IMG/VR virus record: IMGVR_UViG_3300035183_000841
Span: 20,710 to 84,709 of that record
Source: a virus
Length of the DNA: 64,000 nucleotides
Direction: 5' to 3' (one strand)
Made by a program: the position numbers and the translations under genes. Below are positions 63,637 through 64,000 of the stretch, in pieces. A model generated the notes under the pieces. The model had not been told where the DNA came from. It saw nothing but the letters and a program-made list of their open reading frames with translations, and made no database searches. Position 1 is the first letter of the stretch; the number at the start of each line of letters is the position of its first letter.

Positions 63637-64000
63637 ATGTCTGTATATAGAGGACCAGCAGTCATCTACGAAGGTCAAGGGCTCCCCCCTTCTAGGGCAC
63701 ATGAAGGGATGCGGTGGGTGCTCGTATTGAATAGGTACGAGCGCGATAACCTCCTTTGGCTCCTGAACCTACTCGGGTATGGGAAAGCCGGTGTTGAACC
63801 GTTCACGATAGCGAACACAGGGGATTGGGTCGGCGAGATTGCGATGATGCTGGCTGATCCTGACGACTATTCACTAGACGCAGAGGAGAGCGGTAAACCT
63901 AACCTCCGTACAGAAAGGGTTGTTAATCTGTTAGATAGCTGGGTTGCCAGGAAAGTTAGAGAGAAGTTTTCAGAGATTGATAGGAGTTATCATGACCGAG
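63637..64000 (+). CDS. Hypothetical protein (truncated by window end)
   Basis: GAGG SD, ATG at 63637; frame open to the end of the window. Confidence 0.5.
   Translation, partial: MSVYRGPAVIYEGQGLPPSRAHEGMRWVLVLNRYERDNLLWLLNLLGYGKAGVEPFTIANTGDWVGEIAMMLADPDDYSLDAEESGKPNLRTERVVNLLDSWVARKVREKFSEIDRSYHDR

Noticed and set aside
1-64000. Stop-codon reassignment
   Set aside because: Genes are intact under the standard bacterial code; TAA, TAG and TGA all terminate recognisable genes; no suppressor tRNA

Overview
The whole window is part of a tailed dsDNA phage genome with siphovirus-type organisation. The host is probably actinobacterial, judging from a WhiB-family gene and many TTG/GTG starts. No integrase, CRISPR array, rRNA or host housekeeping genes were seen. 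Plus strand 1-33.6 kb: glycosyltransferase, intein-containing class II ribonucleotide reductase, amino-sugar/glycosyltransferase cluster, portal, mosaic prohead protease, major capsid, promoter-plus-hairpin accessory units, AAA ATPase, HNH, head-tail and tail genes, and a tape measure with an M23 peptidase domain. Minus strand 33.6-46.0 kb: lysis genes, tRNA-Lys(UUU), tRNA-Ile(UAU), C5-methyltransferase-like gene, intein-containing DnaB, IMPDH/GMP reductase, LAGLIDADG and HNH endonucleases. A repeat-rich candidate origin sits at the strand switch (about 46.2-46.7 kb). Plus strand 46.7-64 kb: primase, SSB, nucleotidase, dCMP deaminase, a two-piece DnaE, RecA, nucleases, two Dam-like genes, terminases (large subunit with a mini-intein) and WhiB. 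The most notable observations are: (1) DnaE split without an intein, with a duplicated and degenerate palm segment; (2) an aminotransferase/acetyltransferase/glycosyltransferase glycosylation module; (3) a prohead protease carrying ChaB-like, HiPIP-like, Zn-ribbon and nested-scaffold modules; (4) two apparent ATA start codons with identical Shine-Dalgarno geometry, in a genome that also encodes a rare tRNA-Ile(UAU); (5) several promoter-driven long-hairpin or anti-SD RNAs. All assignments come from motif recognition by eye; no database searches were run.
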